DNA from: Candidatus Latescibacterota bacterium
Lineage (GTDB): Bacteria > Latescibacterota > UBA2968 > UBA8231
Direction: 5' to 3'
Assembly (NCBI GenBank): GCA_965206595.1
Contig: OZ242214.1
Coordinates: forward strand, 1,664,001 to 1,728,000
DNA length: 64,000 bases
Part shown: piece by piece, positions 20,771 through 31,242 of the stretch
How positions within the stretch are numbered: the stretch's first letter is position 1
Layout of the letters: each line of letters starts with the position of its first letter
Notes under the pieces: generated by a model
Seen by the model: the letters and a program-made list of their open reading frames with translations, nothing else
Database searches by the model: none
What the model was told of the DNA's origin: nothing
Position numbers and translations under genes: made by a program

Positions 20771-22759
20771 ATGACAACCCCGATCACCTCCCTGACAGCC
20801 GTCGGCGGAATCCTCCTGCCCGATCTTCGGGCGCGCTCGCTCACTCTGGACTCCCCCCGGACCCTGACCCCGGTCCGCAGCCGCGCCGAGTGGCAGAAGC
20901 GCGCCGCGTACATCCGCCACCACATCCTCGCCTGCGCCGGACTGCTGCCACTGCCGGAGAGGACCCCGCTCAACCCTCACATCTTCGAGCCGCTTCAAAG
21001 GGAAGAATACTCTGTCGAGAAAGTGTTTTTCGAGAGCCTTCCGGGTTACCTGGTCTGCGGCAACCTCTATCGGCCGCTGCGGCCGGGGAAGACCCGGTTT
21101 CCCGGGATCGCGCATCCGCATGGACACTGGTCGGGGGGCCGCCTCGAGAACGGGGATGCCTGCTCAGTCCCGAACCGCTGCATCGAACTGGCCAGGCGCG
21201 GGTTCGTCAGCTTCTCCTGGGACATGGCCGGGTACCTCGACAGCGGCCAGATCGCCCACCGCGCCTTCGGCGGCCCCCGCGAGGACCTGTGGGGTATCGG
21301 GGTTCTGGGCATCCAGCTCTGGAACAGCATCCGCGCCGTCGACTTCCTGCAGAGCCTGCCCGACGTCGACGCCGGCCGCATCGGCTGCACCGGCGCTTCG
21401 GGCGGCGGCACCCAGACTTTTCTGCTGACCGCGGTCGACGACCGGGTGACCGCGTCGGCGCCGGTCAACATGGTCTCCGCTCACATGCAGGGGGGCTGCG
21501 TGTGCGAGAACCAGAGCCACCTTCGCGTCGACATCGACAACGTCGAGATCGCCGCGGCCGCGGCCCCGAGGCCGCAGCTTCTCATCGCCGCCACCGGTGA
21601 CTGGACCGCCCATACCCTGGAGCACGAGTACCCGTTCGTGCGCTCGGTATACCAGCTCTTCGGCGCCGCCGCGAAAGTGAGCGCGGTTCGTTTCGACGCC
21701 CCCCACAACTACCACCGGGGAAGCCGCGAGGCGGTGTACGCCTTCTTCGAGCGCTGGCTTCTGGGGTCGCGCCGCCGCAGCCGTCCGGAGGCGCCGCTGC
21801 AGGTCGAGGCCGAGGGGGACCTTCGGGTTTTCTCCCGCCGTCCCCGGCCGCGGTCGGCGTTGCGCCGCAACGAGGTCGTCCCCGCCTTGGTGGCTCGGTC
21901 GGAAAACCGGATGGGCTCGTTCGAGATCCGCATCCCGGAGGATCTGGACAGGTTCCGCAAGGCCATGGGCCCGGCCCTTGAGCACGCCCTCGCCGCGCAC
22001 CTTCCGGACGAGGTCGCCGCCCGCGACTGCGGCCGCTCGAGAATTGAGGGCGGCTACCTGCAGCGCTTCGCCCTCGGCCGCGCGGGGGCCGGGGACTCGG
22101 TGCCGGCGATCCTGGTCTCGCGCCTGCCCCTGCAGGACCGCGCCCCGGTCACTCTGCTGCTGCACCCGGCCGGGAAGGGGGCAGGCTGGCAGGGGGAACG
22201 CATGCCGCAGCTGGTCGCCGGGCTCCTCGGCAGGGGGCAGCAGGTGCTCGCCGTCGACCTGTTCGGAACCGGTGAGGCCGGATCCCTTGAAGAGGCTGAC
22301 GCCGGAAAAATCCATCACTATTTCACCTACAACCGAACTCCCGCCGCCAACCAGGTTCAGGACATCCTGACGGCGCTGGCATTCGCCCGGCAACACGGCG
22401 GCGGGTCCGTCAACCTGCTGGCCCTGAAGGGAACCGGGGTCCCGGCTCTGCTGGCACGGGCCCTGGCACCTTGGGCAGGCAACGCCTGCCTGTCGCTGGC
22501 GGCTTTTTCGTTCGACGACCGCAGCTGGCTCCGTCACTGTTTGGTTCCCGGGGTGCGCAGCGCCGGGGACGTGCGCACTGCCGTGGCCCTGGCAGCTCCC
22601 GGCCGCCTTTTGCTCCACGGGGCAGGCCCCGGTTTTCCTTCGTCCTGGGCTCGGAAGGCGTACCGGGCCGCTGGCAGGCCGCGTTCCCTGCGCGTATCTC
22701 CGCGTGCGGCTCCTCTGGAAGAGATGGTCCGGTGGACGGCTGCCGTTCCCCGGAGTTGA
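20771..22759 (+). CDS. Two-domain alpha/beta hydrolase (acetylxylan esterase-like)
   Basis: FESLPG, PHGH, GCTGASGGGTQT nucleophile elbow, MQGGCVCE; degenerate second hydrolase domain. Confidence 0.8.
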   Translation: MTTPITSLTAVGGILLPDLRARSLTLDSPRTLTPVRSRAEWQKRAAYIRHHILACAGLLPLPERTPLNPHIFEPLQREEYSVEKVFFESLPGYLVCGNLYRPLRPGKTRFPGIAHPHGHWSGGRLENGDACSVPNRCIELARRGFVSFSWDMAGYLDSGQIAHRAFGGPREDLWGIGVLGIQLWNSIRAVDFLQSLPDVDAGRIGCTGASGGGTQTFLLTAVDDRVTASAPVNMVSAHMQGGCVCENQSHLRVDIDNVEIAAAAAPRPQLLIAATGDWTAHTLEHEYPFVRSVYQLFGAAAKVSAVRFDAPHNYHRGSREAVYAFFERWLLGSRRRSRPEAPLQVEAEGDLRVFSRRPRPRSALRRNEVVPALVARSENRMGSFEIRIPEDLDRFRKAMGPALEHALAAHLPDEVAARDCGRSRIEGGYLQRFALGRAGAGDSVPAILVSRLPLQDRAPVTLLLHPAGKGAGWQGERMPQLVAGLLGRGQQVLAVDLFGTGEAGSLEEADAGKIHHYFTYNRTPAANQVQDILTALAFARQHGGGSVNLLALKGTGVPALLARALAPWAGNACLSLAAFSFDDRSWLRHCLVPGVRSAGDVRTAVALAAPGRLLLHGAGPGFPSSWARKAYRAAGRPRSLRVSPRAAPLEEMVRWTAAVPRS

Positions 22760-22838
22760 CTGGGGAGTCCGCGCTTCTCAGGTATGAATTACTGACCGAA
22801 ATGGCGAGGTTGTGGAACGGGAGACCAAGGAGACAACG

Positions 22839-24095
22839 ATGGGCAACGGGGACCGCAACGAAGTCCTGGTTATCGGAGGGGGCGCAATCGGGGTGGCCAG
22901 CGCCTACTACCTGGCGCGCAGGGGGGTCGCGGTCACCCTGGTGGAGAAGGGGGAGATCTGCTCCGGCTGCTCCTACGGCAACGCCGGCCTCCTGGTTCCC
23001 AGCCACAGCGTGCCCCTGGCCGCTCCCGGGGTGGTTGCCCAGGGGTTGAAGTGGATGCGGCGCCGGGACAGCCCCTTCTACATCCGTCCCCGCATGGACG
23101 CGCAGCTGATTCGCTGGCTGTGGCGGTTCTACCGCTCCGCCAACCACGGCCACGTGCGTCGCTCCGTGCCCCTGCTGCGCGACCTGAGCTTCGCCAGCCT
23201 CGAGCTCTACGACGAGCTCGACCGCATCGAGGAGTTCGACTTCGACCTGCGCCGCAACGGCTATCTGCAGGTGGGGAAGAAGAGCTTCAGCAAGGACGAC
23301 GCGGAAGTCCGGATACTCAACGAGGCCGGGGTCGTCGCCAACGTCCTGACCCGGGGGGAGGCCCAGGAGCTGGTGCCGGAAACCGAGCTGAAGATCGGCG
23401 GAGCCATCCACTTTCCCCAGGACTGGAACCTGTCGCCGCACCGTTTCGTTACCGGACTCGCCGCCCAGGCGGCCGCGCTCGGGGCCGACATCCGCACCGG
23501 CACCGAGGTGCTCGGGTTCGAGCGCAACGGCTCCCGGGTCTCCATGGTGAAGACCACGCGCGGCGACTTCAGCCCCGGGGAGATCGTGCTGGCCGCGGGT
23601 TCCTGGTCCCCCGTGGTGGCGCGCGACCTCTCCCTGTCCCTGCCGATCCAGGCGGGTAAGGGGTACAGCATCACCTTCAAACGCCCGCCCCAGGCGCCCT
23701 CGGTGCCGATTTCCCTGGCCGAGGCCAGGGTGGGGGTGTCGGCGATGGGGGATTTCCTGCGCTTCGCCGGCACCCTCGAGCTGTCGGGACTGACCCTCTA
23801 TCTCGATCCGGTAAGGGTGGCCGCCATCCTGAAGGCGGTTCCCGGATACATGCCGGGCCTGGATCCCGGAAAGCTGGAAATGATCGAGATCTGGCGCGGC
23901 ATGCGGCCCTGCACCCCGGACGGCCTGCCTCTGCTCGGGCGCCCCGAAAGCCTGGCAAACCTCACCGTGGCCGCGGGCCACGCCATGATCGGGGTCTCCC
24001 TGGCGCCGGTCACCGGCAAGCTCGTCAGCGAGATCGTCTGCGGCGAGGAGCCGGGGATCGACCTGGCGCTGACCCGGCCGGAGCGGTTCGGCTGA
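22839..24095 (+). CDS. FAD-dependent D-amino acid dehydrogenase (DadA-like)
   Basis: IGGGAIG, CSYGNAG, KGYS, WRGMRPCTPDGLP, GHAMIGVSLAPVTG. Confidence 0.88.
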   Translation: MGNGDRNEVLVIGGGAIGVASAYYLARRGVAVTLVEKGEICSGCSYGNAGLLVPSHSVPLAAPGVVAQGLKWMRRRDSPFYIRPRMDAQLIRWLWRFYRSANHGHVRRSVPLLRDLSFASLELYDELDRIEEFDFDLRRNGYLQVGKKSFSKDDAEVRILNEAGVVANVLTRGEAQELVPETELKIGGAIHFPQDWNLSPHRFVTGLAAQAAALGADIRTGTEVLGFERNGSRVSMVKTTRGDFSPGEIVLAAGSWSPVVARDLSLSLPIQAGKGYSITFKRPPQAPSVPISLAEARVGVSAMGDFLRFAGTLELSGLTLYLDPVRVAAILKAVPGYMPGLDPGKLEMIEIWRGMRPCTPDGLPLLGRPESLANLTVAAGHAMIGVSLAPVTGKLVSEIVCGEEPGIDLALTRPERFG

Positions 24096-24922
24096 TGGCC
24101 GGTAAAGCCCAGCTGCAGGAGATGAAGCGGGCGGGGCGGAAAATCACCGTCCTCACCTGCTACGACTACCCGACCGCCCTGTGGGAAGAGGAAGCGGGGG
24201 TCGACGTCGTCTTCGTCGGGGACAGCGTCGGCACCAACGTTCTCGGGTACGCCAGCGAAACCGAGGTGACCATGGAGGACATTGCCCACCACCTGAAGGC
24301 GGTGCGCCGCGGGGTCAGGGAAGCCTACCTGCTGGTCGACCTGCCTTTCGGCTCGGCCGACACTCCCGGGCAGGCGGTGGAGAACGGCCGGCGCCTGGTA
24401 TCGCTGGGAGCGGACGGCGTAAAGCTCGAGGGGTTCAAGCCGGAAGCGGTCCGTGCCCTGAGCGGCGAGGGCCTCGATGTGTGGGGGCACCTCGGTCTTA
24501 CCCCCCAGTTCCACAGGGAGCGGGCGCTGCAGGCGAAGACCGCGGAGAGCGCGGCCGAGCTGGTCTCGCGGAGTCTGGAGCTCGAGGGGGCGGGTGCGGA
24601 TTTCCTCGTGCTCGAGGCGGTGCCGGAGGAAGTGGCCGCGGCCGTTACCCGGCGCCTGTCCATACCGACGATCGGCATCGCCGCGGGCCGCTGCACCGAC
24701 GGCCAGGTGATCGTCGTTTCCGACCTGCTCGGGGCCGCCGACCTCGAGCTGCGCCACGTCGACCGGCTCGCCGACAGCAAGGCGGATGGGGTGCGCGCCA
24801 TCAGGGCCTTCGTCGAGGGGGTGCGGGAAGGGAGCTTTCCCGCGGAAAGGCACGTGCGCCACCTGAGCGCAGACGAGCTCGCGAAGTTCGACGCCGGGGG
24901 CCCCCAAGCCGGGGGCAATTAA
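24095..24922 (+). CDS. panB: 3-methyl-2-oxobutanoate hydroxymethyltransferase
   Basis: LTCYD, VGDS, DLPFGS, VKLEG, GHLGLTPQ, LEAVP, DGQVIV. Confidence 0.9.
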   Translation: MAGKAQLQEMKRAGRKITVLTCYDYPTALWEEEAGVDVVFVGDSVGTNVLGYASETEVTMEDIAHHLKAVRRGVREAYLLVDLPFGSADTPGQAVENGRRLVSLGADGVKLEGFKPEAVRALSGEGLDVWGHLGLTPQFHRERALQAKTAESAAELVSRSLELEGAGADFLVLEAVPEEVAAAVTRRLSIPTIGIAAGRCTDGQVIVVSDLLGAADLELRHVDRLADSKADGVRAIRAFVEGVREGSFPAERHVRHLSADELAKFDAGGPQAGGN

Positions 24923-26823
24923 CTGGAACCGCCCCTGCCGGCCAGGTCGAAGCGGGACTCGAGCCGGGGCAGGTCGACGCTCGCCAGCCGGACCTGAACC
25001 ACCTCGTTCAAATCCAGCCTGCTTCCTCCCTGAAGGTCGATCTCCAGGGCGAGATCGGGGATCACCGCCACTGCCCGCGAGCCGCGGTGATCGACGATTA
25101 CCGCCTCTCCCTGCCAACCGGGGCACTGTCCCAGCCAGGCGAGTGTCCAGTGGCGGCGGCTCATCCGCTCCGCCTTTCTCACGCACAGGACCGCGGTTTC
25201 GGCAGCCCCCATCCTTTCGACGATCTCCGCTTCGCTCAGGGTCCGCTCTCCGCGCAGGTGCAGGCGCAGCTGCTGGTGGGCGACGAGGTCGAGGTAGCGG
25301 CGCAGCGGGCTGGTGACCCGGCAGTAGGCCTCCACCCCGAGACCGGCGTGCCTGCCCCTCGCTGCGGAGGACCGCGACGGCAGCTGGCGCCGGCGCAGCG
25401 CCAGGGCCCCGGCAAGTCCCCACCCGGCTCCGGGATCCTCCGGGGTCTCCGCAGTCTCCTGGAGGACGAAGGGGAACGGCAGCCCGTGGTCGGCGGCGTA
25501 CTTCGCAGCCCCTTCTCCGGCGAGAATCATCAGCTCGGCGACCAGGCCGCGGCTTGCCCGGCGAATCAGCGGGCAAATGTCGATTGCCGCGGGGCTGGAC
25601 CCGGCGTCGGCGCGGATGTCGACTTCCGGCCAGTCGATGGCGACCGCCCCCGCGGCGCTCCGGCGCCCGGCCGAGCGGTCGCCGACCTTCTTCAGGCCGG
25701 CGAGACTGTCGTTCCCGCCCTCCAGCCGAAGCTCCGCCTCCCCGTAGGTCAGACGGGTGACCGCTACGGTGCTGACGGCGATTTCGATCAGGGCCGCCCC
25801 GCCCGACGGATCCGGACGCAGGTGGAAGGAGAGCGCAGGGGAGCGCTCCTCCAGGCCGAGGCCGAGCCGCTGAATCAGCGTTTGGGGCAGCATCGGCACA
25901 GTGAGGTGGGGCATGTAGAGGGTCTCCCCGCGGCCGCGCGCCTCCAGGTCGAGCTCGCTGCCGCCGGCAACGGCCGCAGCGACGTCGGCGACGTGCACCC
26001 AGACGCTGCCGTCGGCCGGGTCGATGCTGACCGCGTCGTCCGGATGGTCGTTCCCTTCGTCGTCGATCGCCCAGGCCTCGAGGTGGGTCAGATCGACCCG
26101 TTCCTCCTCCGGCAGCCGGACCGGTCCCGGTTCCGGGGGCGGGGAGAGGAGGGCGCCGCTGCGCTCCGGGTAGGGGAGGTCGCCCTCGTTCCAATAGCCG
26201 ATTTCGAGCAGCAAGGCATGGGCGTTCTCCGGGGACTCGCGCCTCTTCAGGGCCCGCAGGGCGCGGCTGTCGCCGCGGCGGCCCCTCGCCATGCGGACGG
26301 TCTCTTCGAGAAACCGCTTGTCCCCCTCGATCCAGGTGCGGTTGTGCAAGCGCTCGAGGAACCCCTCCCAGGCCTGCCGCTCCCGCTCGGCCTCGAGGCG
26401 CCGCCGGGCATCCTCGGCCACCGCCGCTGCCGAACGCGCGCGGATCCGCTGCGGCGTCCCTTCGAACCACAGCCCTTCGCTGAGAATCCGCCAGGTCGCC
26501 CAGGCCGCCCGCGGAGTGAAGCAGTCGTAGAGCAGGTCGCAGAGGGTGGGCAGATCGACTCCCTCCCCGCTCTCCTCGAGCAGCTCCCTGGCGGTGTCGA
26601 TATCGGCGTCCGCGGACCCGGCTTCGAGGGAGGCGAGGTCGCCGCGGGCAAGCGGTCCCGGGTGCAGCCCGATCAAGTCCTTGGGGCGCACCGAGCGGGA
26701 ACCGCCGTCGACTTCGATCTCGATGCGGTCGTCTCGGACATTCTTGACCCTCGCCGGGCGGTTTCTATACAGTACGAGGGCGTCGAGTGCGGGCTTGTCA
26801 GCGGGGGGCTTGACGTCAGGCAT
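24919..26823 (-). CDS. RNB-domain exoribonuclease (RNase II-like)
   Basis: AIDDEGNDHPDDA, VHVADV, ELMILAG, H-GLG...Y-RVTSPLRRY-DL. Confidence 0.9.
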   Translation of the reverse strand: MPDVKPPADKPALDALVLYRNRPARVKNVRDDRIEIEVDGGSRSVRPKDLIGLHPGPLARGDLASLEAGSADADIDTARELLEESGEGVDLPTLCDLLYDCFTPRAAWATWRILSEGLWFEGTPQRIRARSAAAVAEDARRRLEAERERQAWEGFLERLHNRTWIEGDKRFLEETVRMARGRRGDSRALRALKRRESPENAHALLLEIGYWNEGDLPYPERSGALLSPPPEPGPVRLPEEERVDLTHLEAWAIDDEGNDHPDDAVSIDPADGSVWVHVADVAAAVAGGSELDLEARGRGETLYMPHLTVPMLPQTLIQRLGLGLEERSPALSFHLRPDPSGGAALIEIAVSTVAVTRLTYGEAELRLEGGNDSLAGLKKVGDRSAGRRSAAGAVAIDWPEVDIRADAGSSPAAIDICPLIRRASRGLVAELMILAGEGAAKYAADHGLPFPFVLQETAETPEDPGAGWGLAGALALRRRQLPSRSSAARGRHAGLGVEAYCRVTSPLRRYLDLVAHQQLRLHLRGERTLSEAEIVERMGAAETAVLCVRKAERMSRRHWTLAWLGQCPGWQGEAVIVDHRGSRAVAVIPDLALEIDLQGGSRLDLNEVVQVRLASVDLPRLESRFDLAGRGGSS

Positions 26824-26888
26824 GGGCAGGGTGGGGCCAGAAGGTAACCTCCGGGACGCGAACTCGAAACGATCACAACTACCCGAAA

Positions 26889-28370
26889 ATGCCAACGGTA
26901 CTGGGAATCGATCAGGGCACCAGCAGCGTCAAGGTCGTCCTCATCGACGAGAGCGGGCGCGAGCTGGGAAAGCAGATCGCCGGCTATCCGCTGCTGAAGC
27001 CGCGGCCCGGTTGGGTCGAGCAGGACCCCGAGGACTGGTGGCGGGCTGCCTGTTCCGCGGTGCAAGCGCTGCTCGCCGCAACCGGGACCGACCCGGACGA
27101 CATCGCCGGAGTGGCGCTGTCGGGCCAGATCAACGGCGCCGTGGTAGCGGATGCCTCCGGGGCCTGCCTGCGCAACTCCCTGATTTGGCTCGATCACCGT
27201 TCCGCCGAGGAGTGCCGGTGGGCGGAGGAGCGCGCCGGCGATCTGCTGCGCGACCGCGCCTTCAGCCGCGTAACCCCGGTCAACTTCCTCGCCAAGCTGT
27301 TGTGGCTTCACCGCCACGAGGCCGACCTCCTGCGCAGGGCTACGTACATCCTGCTGCCGAAGGACTGGCTGCGCCTGCGCCTGACCGGCGTCGCCTCCAG
27401 CGAGATATCCGACGCCTCGGTAACCGCGGCCTTCGACCTGCGGCGGCGGCAGTGGTCCGGGGAGATCCTCGATGCCCTCGACCTCGACGCCGCCAAGCTT
27501 CCGGCCGCGGTCGAGTCCCCCGAAGTCGTCGGTGCCGTAACGACGCGGGCCGCCGCGGAGATCGGCCTGCGCGCCGGCACCCCGGTCTGCGCCGGAGGAG
27601 GGGACATACCCTGCATGGTGCTCGGGAGCGGTATCGTCCGGCCCGGGATCGCTGGGCTGGGGATCGGCACCGCTGCCCACGCGGTAACCTGCGTCGAGGA
27701 GCTCGACCCCCGCGGCGTCGACAAGCTCTGGCCGATGTGCCACCCGGTCCCGGGGCAGTACGCCTGGCTCGGGTGCTCCTACACCGGAGGAGCTTCCTTC
27801 ACCTGGGCAAAGGAAGCCTTCGGGATGTCGTCGTACGAGAAGATGACCGCGGCGGCGGAGACCGCTCAGGTCGCTTCCGAGGGGCTGTTCTTCATGCCCT
27901 GGCTCGAAGGTTCGGCCACCCCGTGCCCCGACCCGGAGGCGCGCGGCGGCTTCGTCGGACTGACGCTGCGGCACGGCCGCGCCGAGATGATCCGCGCCGT
28001 GATGGAGGGGGTTGTCTTCGAGCTGCGCAACGCCCTCGAGTGCTTTTCCGGAATCGGCATCTCCCTGCAGGAGGTGCGTATCGGAGAGGGGGGCTCGCGC
28101 TCGGCTCTGTGGAGGCAGATGCAGGCGGACGTCTTCGGCCGCGAGGTGCGGGTGATCGACACCGAGGACCTTTCCGCTGTCGGGGCTGCCCTGATCGCGG
28201 GAGTCGGCTGCGGCCTCTTCGAGAGCTTCGAGGCCGCCTGCGAAAAAGTGGTGCAGCTGGGAGAGACGGTCCGCCCCGGAGAGGCGGAAGCGCGAGCCTA
28301 CGCGGCGGCCTTCTCCCGCTACGAGCGCCTGTACCCGACGATGAAGGACTGGTTCCACGGCGCCCCATGA
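26889..28370 (+). CDS. xylB: Xylulokinase / FGGY carbohydrate kinase
   Basis: GIDQGTSSVK, EQDPEDWW, SGQ, LLPKDW, GGGD, RAVMEGV, GGSRS. Confidence 0.8.
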   Translation: MPTVLGIDQGTSSVKVVLIDESGRELGKQIAGYPLLKPRPGWVEQDPEDWWRAACSAVQALLAATGTDPDDIAGVALSGQINGAVVADASGACLRNSLIWLDHRSAEECRWAEERAGDLLRDRAFSRVTPVNFLAKLLWLHRHEADLLRRATYILLPKDWLRLRLTGVASSEISDASVTAAFDLRRRQWSGEILDALDLDAAKLPAAVESPEVVGAVTTRAAAEIGLRAGTPVCAGGGDIPCMVLGSGIVRPGIAGLGIGTAAHAVTCVEELDPRGVDKLWPMCHPVPGQYAWLGCSYTGGASFTWAKEAFGMSSYEKMTAAAETAQVASEGLFFMPWLEGSATPCPDPEARGGFVGLTLRHGRAEMIRAVMEGVVFELRNALECFSGIGISLQEVRIGEGGSRSALWRQMQADVFGREVRVIDTEDLSAVGAALIAGVGCGLFESFEAACEKVVQLGETVRPGEAEARAYAAAFSRYERLYPTMKDWFHGAP

Positions 28371-28377
28371 GGAGGAC

Positions 28378-28632
28378 GTGAACGACAGGGAGAACGGCTC
28401 CGATCCGCTGGCGCCCGCCGGACTCCTGGCGGAGCCGCGGCGGAAACCCTGGGTCTGGCTGGTGTACGCCCTGCTGCTGGCCCTCGCCATTCCCTGGTAC
28501 TGGCCCGCGGGGTACCGCGGACCGCTGCTGCTGGGGTTCCCGCTGTGGGTGGCCGCGACCGTCCTCTGCGTCATCCTCCTGGCGGGCTGGACATGCTGGG
28601 TGATCGCCGCCTGCTGGCGGGACGGGGAGTGA
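28378..28632 (+). CDS. Small two-TM membrane protein preceding SSS transporter (DUF3311/DUF997-like)
   Basis: IPWYWP and LLGFPLW motifs, RBS, adjacent to a sodium:solute symporter. Confidence 0.7.
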   Translation: MNDRENGSDPLAPAGLLAEPRRKPWVWLVYALLLALAIPWYWPAGYRGPLLLGFPLWVAATVLCVILLAGWTCWVIAACWRDGE

Positions 28633-28635
28633 AGG

Positions 28636-30111
28636 ATGGGCTCGGCAGCGGATCCGCTCGCCTTCGGTCCGGGCGCCCTCGCCGCGGTCGCCTTCTATCT
28701 GCTGTCGATGATCGGCATCGGCTGGTGGGGGAGGCGGCAGCGCCGCGGCGACAGTCTCGCCGACTTCTACCTCGCCGGCCGCTCCCTCGGCTTCGCCGTT
28801 CTCTTCCTGACCCTGTACGCGACCCAGTACAGCGGCAACACCCTGTTCGGGTACCCGGGCAAGTCGTACCGGATCGGGTTCGACTGGACGGTCTCGCTGC
28901 TGTTTATGTTCGCCATCATCCCGGGGTACCTGCTGTACGCACCCCGTCTCGTCGCCCTGGCGCGCAGACAGGATTTCATCACCCCGGGGGATTACATCTC
29001 CTTCCGCTTCGGCTCCCGTTCCCTGACCCTGCTCAGCACGGTGACGATGGTCTACGCCCTCGGCAACTACACCCTGGCGCAGCTCAAGGCGATGGGGGCC
29101 GCGGTCGAAGGGCTGACCGACGGCGCCGTCCCCTCGGCGTACGGGATCGTCGCCCTGGCCTTCATCATGGTGGTGTACGAGACCCTGGGCGGCATGCGCA
29201 GCGTCGCCTGGACCGACGTCATCCAGGGAATCGTCCTGCTGACCGGCTTCGCCGCCCTGCTCTTCATGATCCCGGGACTCGGGGGCGGTTTCACCGCGGT
29301 GGTGGAACGGCTGTCCGCCGCCGACCCCGTCAAGGTCGAGGCGCCGTCGCTACGCCAGTGCGCGACCTGGCTCAGCTACGTCGTGCTTGTCGGCGCCGGC
29401 GCCGCCATCTACCCGCAGGCGATCCAGCGCCTCTACTCAGGCCGCTCGGTCGCCGGGCTCAAGCGCGCCCTGTCGCTGATGGCCTTCATGCCCCTGACCA
29501 CCACTCTGATCGCCCTGGTCTGCGGGATCACCGGGGCGGTTGTTCTTCCCGGCCTCGAGGGGACCGCGACCGACCAGTTGCTGCCGCGGCTCTGCGCCCT
29601 CATCATGGGTCAGTCCGCGTTCGGGTACTGGCTGGTCGTGCTCGTGTTCGCCGCGGCTCTGGCCGCCCTGATGTCGACGGCGGACTCGGCGCTGCTGTCG
29701 ATCTCGTCGATCTTCACCCGCAACGTCTACCAGGCTCACATCCGCCCCGGCAGCAGCCAGGCCGAGCTGACCCGGGTCGGCAAGCTCTGCTCCTGGACCA
29801 TCGTGGCGGTTCTCGTCGTCGTCGCCATCGGCACCGAGAAAACCCTGATCCGGCTGCTGGAGCTGAAGTTCGAAGTGCTGATCCAGATCGCCCCCTGCTT
29901 CTTCCTCGGCCTCTACTGGCCGCGGCTCGGGGCCGCCGCGGTCCTGGCAGGGATGATCGCCGGCCTCGCGTTCGGCTTGGGGGCGACCCTTCTCGGCCAC
30001 GCTCGTATCTGGGGGTTTCACGCCGGGGTCGTCGGCCTCGGGTTGAACCTCCTCGTCTGCGCTGCCGGCTGCGCCGGCTCGCGCCTGTCCGAAAGGAGAA
30101 ATGCCACGTGA
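28636..30111 (+). CDS. Sodium:solute symporter family protein
   Basis: DFYLAGRSLG, ATQYSG, GGMRSVAWTDVIQG, AALMSTADS. Confidence 0.92.
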   Translation: MGSAADPLAFGPGALAAVAFYLLSMIGIGWWGRRQRRGDSLADFYLAGRSLGFAVLFLTLYATQYSGNTLFGYPGKSYRIGFDWTVSLLFMFAIIPGYLLYAPRLVALARRQDFITPGDYISFRFGSRSLTLLSTVTMVYALGNYTLAQLKAMGAAVEGLTDGAVPSAYGIVALAFIMVVYETLGGMRSVAWTDVIQGIVLLTGFAALLFMIPGLGGGFTAVVERLSAADPVKVEAPSLRQCATWLSYVVLVGAGAAIYPQAIQRLYSGRSVAGLKRALSLMAFMPLTTTLIALVCGITGAVVLPGLEGTATDQLLPRLCALIMGQSAFGYWLVVLVFAAALAALMSTADSALLSISSIFTRNVYQAHIRPGSSQAELTRVGKLCSWTIVAVLVVVAIGTEKTLIRLLELKFEVLIQIAPCFFLGLYWPRLGAAAVLAGMIAGLAFGLGATLLGHARIWGFHAGVVGLGLNLLVCAAGCAGSRLSERRNAT

Positions 30112-31174
30112 AGATCACCTCGATCGACATCTGGACGGTGGTGGTGCCGACGATTCCCGGCCGCGTGCACAGCCGGGAGTGGGTGCCGGAGACCGGCTGG
30201 GACCAGGTGCCCAAGCAGATCCTGCGGATCAACACCGGCACCGAGCTCACCGGGATCGGGGAGACCGGCCGCGGCACGGAGGCGGCGACGGTCGCCGCGG
30301 GAGCCGCCCGCCTCGTCGGCCGCGATCCGGAGTCGATCACCCTGCGCGATATTTTCCGCGAACCGGCCGACGGCACCGAGGAGATGCTGGAGATCGGCAC
30401 CGGGGAGGCCTACGAGGCCTTCGAGATGGCGGTGTTCGACCTCGCCGGCCGCATGCGCGGGCTGCCGCCGACTACTGGATGGGCCACCAGACCCCGGAGG
30501 ACGGCAGGCGGACGGTCGAGCGCGCCCTCGAGCAGGGATTCAGGGGAGTCAAGATCAAGTGCCGCATCGAGGAGCCGATGGTCGAGCGGCTGCGGGCGAT
30601 GCTCGACGCCGCCGGCCCTTCGTTCAAGGTGACCGTCGATCCCAACGAGCGCTTCCACACCGCCGAGCAGACCATCGCCCTCGCCGGAGAGCTGGCGCCG
30701 CTGGGCAACGTCGAGGTCTTCGAAGATCCGATCCCCAAGACCGATGTCGAGGGCTACGCCCTGATTCACGAGGAGATCGACCTGCCGCTGGCGATGCACC
30801 TCGGGGAACCTGGGCAGGTGCTGGCGGCGATGACGGCCGATCTCGTCGACTGCTTCAACCTCAACGGCGGCCCGGTCGGCTTCATGCGCAACGCCGCGGT
30901 CGCCGCGGCCGGGGGCATGCGCTGCTGGCACGGGTCGGGGAACGACCTCGGTATCGTCGACACCTGCTACGTGCACTGCGCGGCCCTGGCCCCCAATTGC
31001 ACCATGGCCTCGGATTTCGTCGGCTCCTGGACCCGGGAGGACGACCTGATCCTCGAGCCGATCCCCTTCCGGGACGGCTTCGTCCCGGTGCCGTCGCGGC
31101 CGGGGCTCGGGTGCGACCTCGACCTGGAGGCCCTGGAGCGCTACTGCCGGGCCCACCAGGTGGTGACTCCGTAG
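30108..31174 (+). pseudogene. Mandelate racemase/muconate lactonizing family enzyme with frameshifting internal deletion at ~30464-30470
   Basis: AFEMAVFDLAGRMRGLP jumps to AADYWMG...KIK...DPN...EDP in another frame; the conserved V..LLGG..R segment is missing. Confidence 0.75.
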
Positions 31175-31242
31175 GGAACCCATGCTGAGGGAAAGGACAC
31201 CCCGGAACGTGTCAATGGAAATGAGACACTTCGCGTGAAAGT

